Virus record (IMG/VR): IMGVR_UViG_3300042892_001069
Origin: a virus
Taxonomy: Duplodnaviria; Heunggongvirae; Uroviricota; Caudoviricetes
Reading direction: 5' to 3' (one strand)
Length of the DNA: 64,000 nucleotides
This document shows, in pieces, positions 59,187-64,000 of the stretch. The notes below the pieces were generated by a model. It had not been told where the DNA came from. It saw only the letters and a program-made list of their open reading frames with translations, and did no database searches. The number at the start of each line of letters is the position of its first letter. The first letter of the stretch is position 1. The translations under genes and the position numbers were made by a program.

Positions 59187-62100
59187 AGCCTAGAATGAGA
59201 GACCAAAAGTCCATGATGTCAAGGACTTCGCCAAGTGGTGCCGCGCCCAGTGTGCCCACAGCTGGAATCCAGATTGTGCCGTTATATACTTCCATATAGT
59301 TTAATGAAGTATTATGGCGTACTTCGCCAATTTCTGCGGTTACTGGTCTTTGATTTTGCGGAGTGCCTGGCGCATACGCAGGGTTACCTGTTCCTATGGG
59401 GATTACAACTCCGTATGTCCCTCCAAATTTTACATAACCAACGCCAGTGCTGTTAAATGTTAGAGGACCGTTAGTATTATTTCTAATAGTGTTTTCTGGA
59501 AACGATAAATTATTTAAATTAACAGAGGCAGTACCGTTAGGAGCAAATATTAGATCATCTCCGCTAATACGATTATTAACAGTATTTTCACTTAGTCGAA
59601 TATTATCAATATGCATTAGATTATTCAGCAAGGCAGTAGTGTTAATTCTAGTAGTAAGGGTGCCGTTGTTGTAAAATCTTAAAGCGTTATCATTGGCTCC
59701 AACAGTTAGTTCAGGCGTTATATACGTGTCTCTATCAGAATCGTAAATGCCTTTTAGAGGAATTATGCCGCCGGCAATTTTACCTTCAAAGACTAATGTT
59801 GTTGAATTTAATCGAACCTCACCAAGAGTTGTTAACACTCGATTTGTGTCATTGCTAGTTGGTAAACGTATTGCTTTTGTAGAATTAATAACTACATTGC
59901 CAGTGCCGTTGGGGGTAAAATATATACTCTTTTCACTGTTAGTAGTTGCTCCACTCCACACATTACTAATAGTATTATCAGTAATTTTAAGTCGACTATC
60001 AAGCACAACTCCATTACTTCCGCCGGCTGTAAAGTTTATATCAGCGTCTAGATCAATGGCACTAATATAGTTTCCACTAATTTGAATTCTTGACGACTGG
60101 AGATAATTGCCGCCAGTAATGTTGTTAACACTGATAATATTACCAGTTATTCCAGTGTCACCAGTTTGATTAACGTTACCAGTGTGTGTTAGTGTTTTTG
60201 GTGATAAAATTGTGCCAATTTCTGTATTCTTTAAACTAGTAGCACCGTTAACTGTAGTAGTTCCAGTAACTTGTAAATTGTTTGTAATGTCTACAGACTT
60301 TAACGGTGCTGATATAACTCCAGTACCTGCGGCAACTAGTCTTAAATTAGTGTCAGTAGTTAGTGTAGTTATTGTGTTTGATGCTATTTGTGTAACATTG
60401 TCGATGTTAACAGAAGTTAAGTATGCGTTGCCCCATACTTTAGGAGTAACTCCGCCAGTTCCTAGTGTAAAAGTATTGTGTACGTTAGGTTTAATTGTCT
60501 GAGTTAACAACGGACTAACACTTACTGTGTCTAACGGATTGTCCCCTAGATAAACATTACCCTTGACTAATACATCACCGCTTACTCCTAATGAGCCGGT
60601 TACTGTAATATCAGTGTTTAAAGTAGTAATACCTGTTTGCGCTGAAAAATTAACTGGCCCTGATACTGAGTCAATATTATTATCGTGTATAACAATATTG
60701 CCAGTTGATATTAAATGAGCGTCAATTACTGTTCGGCCGCCGGCCCCTTCAAGGACAATACTACCTCCAGCGGAAAAATCTAATGCTTGTGCGTTAAATG
60801 TTATTGCGCCGGTTTGTTGATTTACATAAAAAATATCGCCAATACGGTAATCACCTTTGTGATCCATACTGTCGTAATAGAGTTGGCCGCCATTGATTGC
60901 GACAACTTCGTTAGCTTGTATAACTAAATCGTAATCGTTTTGACTGTCGGCACCTGTACCAATATACGCAAAATTATGCCCAACTAGGTACCCTAGTGTG
61001 CTTGCGCCATCTGCTACTGCTCCATAATTTCCGTAAACGTTAGCCGAACCAATGCTTCGAAACTCGGCGCCAAAGCGAGTACTGAGACTAGCAAATCCTG
61101 CTGTACCTTGTGTTAAGTGTATTCCTCTGTTGGCAAAATAAGTAAAAGAATTTAACCATTCTACACGGGCGCCGTTTGTAGCAGTAACACCGTCTGCGTT
61201 TGGCACAATAAATGTTACGCTATGGAATAGTATAGTTGCTTCTTTACTGTCAGGATGTACTACTGATCCGTCAACTAGTGCTCCACGGCCGGCGTCACCT
61301 GACGCAAATCCTAAGGTAGGATCAATACTAGCAAACCCGCCAGTAATGCTGTCAATATATCCCGGAAGAGCTTCACCCCCATCTAGTATAATATCATATA
61401 CTTCTGATAGTAGGCCGCCATCAATACTATCTCGAAGGTCAATTGCTGTCCCTTTATTTAAAATTGAAATATTTTGAACATATGGACTGCGAGTAGTTAC
61501 TAGACAATTTGGTGCTAATCTAAATCCGTAACCTGTATCATTTACACTATCGTAAAAGAAACTGCCAACTGATAAATGAGCAACAGTAGTTTCACCATTT
61601 AGTAAAAACGCATCGTTATTATTTGTTCCGCTTGATGGAACTATGGTAACTGCTCGGATGCCTGCGCCATTAACTGATACACCTTGTGGAACAGTTAAAG
61701 GAAAGTCTTCAACGTATGTTCCCGGAAATATTACAATATTATCCCCGGCTACTGCTTGACTTAAAGCATGTTTTACAGTTCTATATGTGTTGTGTAGATG
61801 TACACCGTTGTTAGTATCGTTACCGTTTATGCTAACATAGATAGTGTTACCCTGAGGCAACAACATGTCAATACCATTAATTGTTAATGCGTCTGCTTCT
61901 AACGTTGAGGTATTAATATTTGTTGAATATACCGTGTTCCACTTTTTAACAAGTGACCCTAATGCGTATGTATTGTTAACGTCAGGTATAATATCACTGT
62001 TAATATCAGCATTAAATATTACTCGATCAGTATCATCACTACCAATAGTAATAGTATTGCCATCCCATTGTAAATTTCCAGTGACTGTTAAGTTACCATT

Positions 62101-62586
62101 AATGTTTACATTGGTTGTATAAAATTGAAGCTGGCCAATACCGTTAGCAGTAATTTCAATGTTGTCGTCAGCAAGCAGAGTACTGATGCTCGAATTAACT
62201 AATTTTAATTTTGCGGTGCGTATCTCATTTGTAACAATTTGCGGATCAACTGCCTGATCCGGCTGAATAAAAATTTTGCCCGTTGGTCCTGAATTAGGAT
62301 TCTGAATTTTGTATGTTAAAAATACTAGGTCAGCAAATTCGGCTTGTGTATCAATTATCCAGTCTGTAGGGAACAGTAGATCTGATTTAGCAAAGTGGCT
62401 AGTGCCCGTGATTTGTAATTTTTGACTTGGGCTGTTGTTGTTAACACCAAGTCCAACAGTTTTTAACGGATTAGATAAATCCGTGACTGACAAGTATAGT
62501 AAGTCTGTTTCAAATGCTAGATCGCTACCGTCTCTTAGCAAGTCTGCTGAAAGTACCGGACCGCCAATTCGACCTATTTGTGACAT
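59185..62586 (-). CDS. Long fibre/baseplate protein (1133 aa), paralog of 54381-59063 lacking LamG
   Basis: GRIGGP.L..DLLRDG.DLAFETDLLYL; LPQGN; DAFLLNGETTV; RSIGSA. Confidence 0.85.
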   Translation of the reverse strand: MSQIGRIGGPVLSADLLRDGSDLAFETDLLYLSVTDLSNPLKTVGLGVNNNSPSQKLQITGTSHFAKSDLLFPTDWIIDTQAEFADLVFLTYKIQNPNSGPTGKIFIQPDQAVDPQIVTNEIRTAKLKLVNSSISTLLADDNIEITANGIGQLQFYTTNVNINGNLTVTGNLQWDGNTITIGSDDTDRVIFNADINSDIIPDVNNTYALGSLVKKWNTVYSTNINTSTLEADALTINGIDMLLPQGNTIYVSINGNDTNNGVHLHNTYRTVKHALSQAVAGDNIVIFPGTYVEDFPLTVPQGVSVNGAGIRAVTIVPSSGTNNNDAFLLNGETTVAHLSVGSFFYDSVNDTGYGFRLAPNCLVTTRSPYVQNISILNKGTAIDLRDSIDGGLLSEVYDIILDGGEALPGYIDSITGGFASIDPTLGFASGDAGRGALVDGSVVHPDSKEATILFHSVTFIVPNADGVTATNGARVEWLNSFTYFANRGIHLTQGTAGFASLSTRFGAEFRSIGSANVYGNYGAVADGASTLGYLVGHNFAYIGTGADSQNDYDLVIQANEVVAINGGQLYYDSMDHKGDYRIGDIFYVNQQTGAITFNAQALDFSAGGSIVLEGAGGRTVIDAHLISTGNIVIHDNNIDSVSGPVNFSAQTGITTLNTDITVTGSLGVSGDVLVKGNVYLGDNPLDTVSVSPLLTQTIKPNVHNTFTLGTGGVTPKVWGNAYLTSVNIDNVTQIASNTITTLTTDTNLRLVAAGTGVISAPLKSVDITNNLQVTGTTTVNGATSLKNTEIGTILSPKTLTHTGNVNQTGDTGITGNIISVNNITGGNYLQSSRIQISGNYISAIDLDADINFTAGGSNGVVLDSRLKITDNTISNVWSGATTNSEKSIYFTPNGTGNVVINSTKAIRLPTSNDTNRVLTTLGEVRLNSTTLVFEGKIAGGIIPLKGIYDSDRDTYITPELTVGANDNALRFYNNGTLTTRINTTALLNNLMHIDNIRLSENTVNNRISGDDLIFAPNGTASVNLNNLSFPENTIRNNTNGPLTFNSTGVGYVKFGGTYGVVIPIGTGNPAYAPGTPQNQRPVTAEIGEVRHNTSLNYMEVYNGTIWIPAVGTLGAAPLGEVLDIMDFWSLILG

Positions 62587-62601
62587 AGTTTTTAAATTCG
62601 A

Positions 62602-63138
62602 TTACTGATCGAATCCATGTAGAATAACAATTGGGGTTGATAATCCCGGGGTTGTTGATGTAAATTGAATATAAAATTTAGTAGAGTTAGGACCTGTATC
62701 ATAAGGTGCGCCAATCTGTACACCCGTTTTTATTAGATAGTTATCAGTCCACGTTTGAAACACATTACCAACAATAACAATTAAGTTATCGCCAGTCCAA
62801 GTCTTACCATTCTCTACAGTTGCCGGTGGCTGTGGTGCTAAAGGACCGTACACTTGAGTAGCGTTATCGCCTACATAAGTTTCTCTATCAATACCTGTTG
62901 CTTCTTTATAGCGTAGTGTTCTCCAACTAGCCGGGTTGCCTGAAAACACTTCAACATCTTTACTAGTTGTGTTATAACGAATCATGCCTTCTACTTGAAC
63001 TGCCGCCAGTGAACTATTACTTTTTGGCAGTATCATATCAGTGGTAGCTGCAACTGTAAATGTATTATTAACATCTACTGCCGCACGGGGATCGTATATT
63101 GATCTGCGATTAAGTGTTAATGTTTTTAAAAATCTCAT
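62602..63138 (-). CDS. Structural protein with fibre GMIRYNT motif
   Basis: EGMIRYNTTSKDVEVFSG..W; IVILHGFD. Confidence 0.65.
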   Translation of the reverse strand: MRFLKTLTLNRRSIYDPRAAVDVNNTFTVAATTDMILPKSNSSLAAVQVEGMIRYNTTSKDVEVFSGNPASWRTLRYKEATGIDRETYVGDNATQVYGPLAPQPPATVENGKTWTGDNLIVIVGNVFQTWTDNYLIKTGVQIGAPYDTGPNSTKFYIQFTSTTPGLSTPIVILHGFDQ

Positions 63139-63141
63139 GTC

Positions 63142-63492
63142 TTATACCGGTAATGTACTTACTACTACGCTTACGCCTGTTCCTGAATATGTTGAACTTG
63201 CTATTGCGCAAATTATATCATTGTTACCTAATACTAATTTTTCTTGATCAAAACTAACTGTTTCGCCTGCCGGAACTGCTAGCACACTTACTATAGTACA
63301 TTCTGGATTTGCGTAAGCAGTTTTTCCGCTTGGTACAGCATACAACGAAAGATTAATTGCTCCAGTACTGTTGTTACACGCAATCATACTAGTAATAGCA
63401 TTATTGCCACTGCTAGTATAGATAGGTGTACCGTTTAGTGCGCTGGGACTGCTTAGTGCTGTTACTGTAATTGCTGTTGCTGTCAATGCCAT
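63142..63492 (-). CDS. Small virion connector-like protein
   Basis: IYTS..AITSMIACNN..VPAGET..EKLVL..D.I; TAAGGA upstream. Confidence 0.7.
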   Translation of the reverse strand: MALTATAITVTALSSPSALNGTPIYTSSGNNAITSMIACNNSTGAINLSLYAVPSGKTAYANPECTIVSVLAVPAGETVSFDQEKLVLGNNDIICAIASSTYSGTGVSVVVSTLPV

Positions 63493-63502
63493 AATATTTT
63501 CC

Positions 63503-64000
63503 TTATAGTAAGATACTAAGCAATACTGCTCTGTTCTTACTGATTAATTCATCTGATGTTAAACTATTTACAAAGTACAGGCCTGTCTTGCCTGGAGTTC
63601 CAATACCGGTTCCTGGATCTTTTGCGTAGACTAAACCGTAGCTACTCACTGAACTTGGATTACTTGCTTGTTGTTTAAGATTTACAATAGAATCAACAGT
63701 AATTTGATTTGTTGTACTAGTTAACACTAGATTATTTAATGCGCTAGTGTTTGATACTGTATCTTGATATAGAGTAATATTATCAACCACAAGTCCTGTT
63801 GGCGTAATTTTTGCTCGCTCCTGACTTAGAACTGTAAACTTAATATAATTAGAAAATGCTTGTCCTCTAGTGGACGTAGGGTTGCTAAGATAGTGAAAAT
63901 TATCCACGTTAGCTTGTCCGCCGGTAGCACTAACATAACTGGTTATGTATTTTTTATTTGGAATAAAGTTATCTTCAGGAGTGTCAGGACTCAACGGAAT
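63503..64000 (-). CDS. C-terminal part of a structural protein, start beyond right edge
   Basis: Frame open to base 64000; IPNKKY; ends RAVLLSILL. Confidence 0.75.
   Translation of the reverse strand: MPLSPDTPEDNFIPNKKYITSYVSATGGQANVDNFHYLSNPTSTRGQAFSNYIKFTVLSQERAKITPTGLVVDNITLYQDTVSNTSALNNLVLTSTTNQITVDSIVNLKQQASNPSSVSSYGLVYAKDPGTGIGTPGKTGLYFVNSLTSDELISKNRAVLLSILL

Noticed and set aside
19774-63247. Many 60-205-aa ORFs antisense or out of frame to the fibre and enzyme genes
   Set aside because: Fully inside long, motif-supported genes; no RBS or recognisable domains
1-64000. Stop-codon reassignment, tRNA or rRNA genes
   Set aside because: Genes are full length in the standard code and TAA, TAG and TGA all end genes; intergenic gaps are short and no cloverleaf was seen

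Overview
The window is the virion-morphogenesis region of a large T4-like (myovirus/jumbo-type) phage, AT-rich, standard genetic code, mostly minus strand. It encodes terminase large and probable small subunits, head-completion nuclease, tail tube, tube-like protein, a 1117-aa sheath, dNMP kinase, neck and tail-terminator proteins, a Nudix hydrolase and five giant fibre/baseplate-type proteins (1133-3011 aa). Inserted among the fibre genes is an enzyme island (three 2OG-Fe(II) oxygenases, glycosyltransferase, SGNH-like protein, carbamoyltransferase, flavin-dependent halogenase) converging on three Cys-rich polyglycine adhesin-like genes and two fibre chaperones. Best leads: (1) tandem ~158-aa phycobiliprotein-like repeats that keep the C-x-R-D bilin-attachment motif inside two fibres; (2) a possible virion-protein tailoring system; (3) a TAA(A/G)TA late promoter that is 4-5 nt from the ATG in eight genes, implying leaderless mRNAs; (4) a structured 5' leader before the 1560-aa fibre. 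All family calls come from motif recognition by eye, not database searches.
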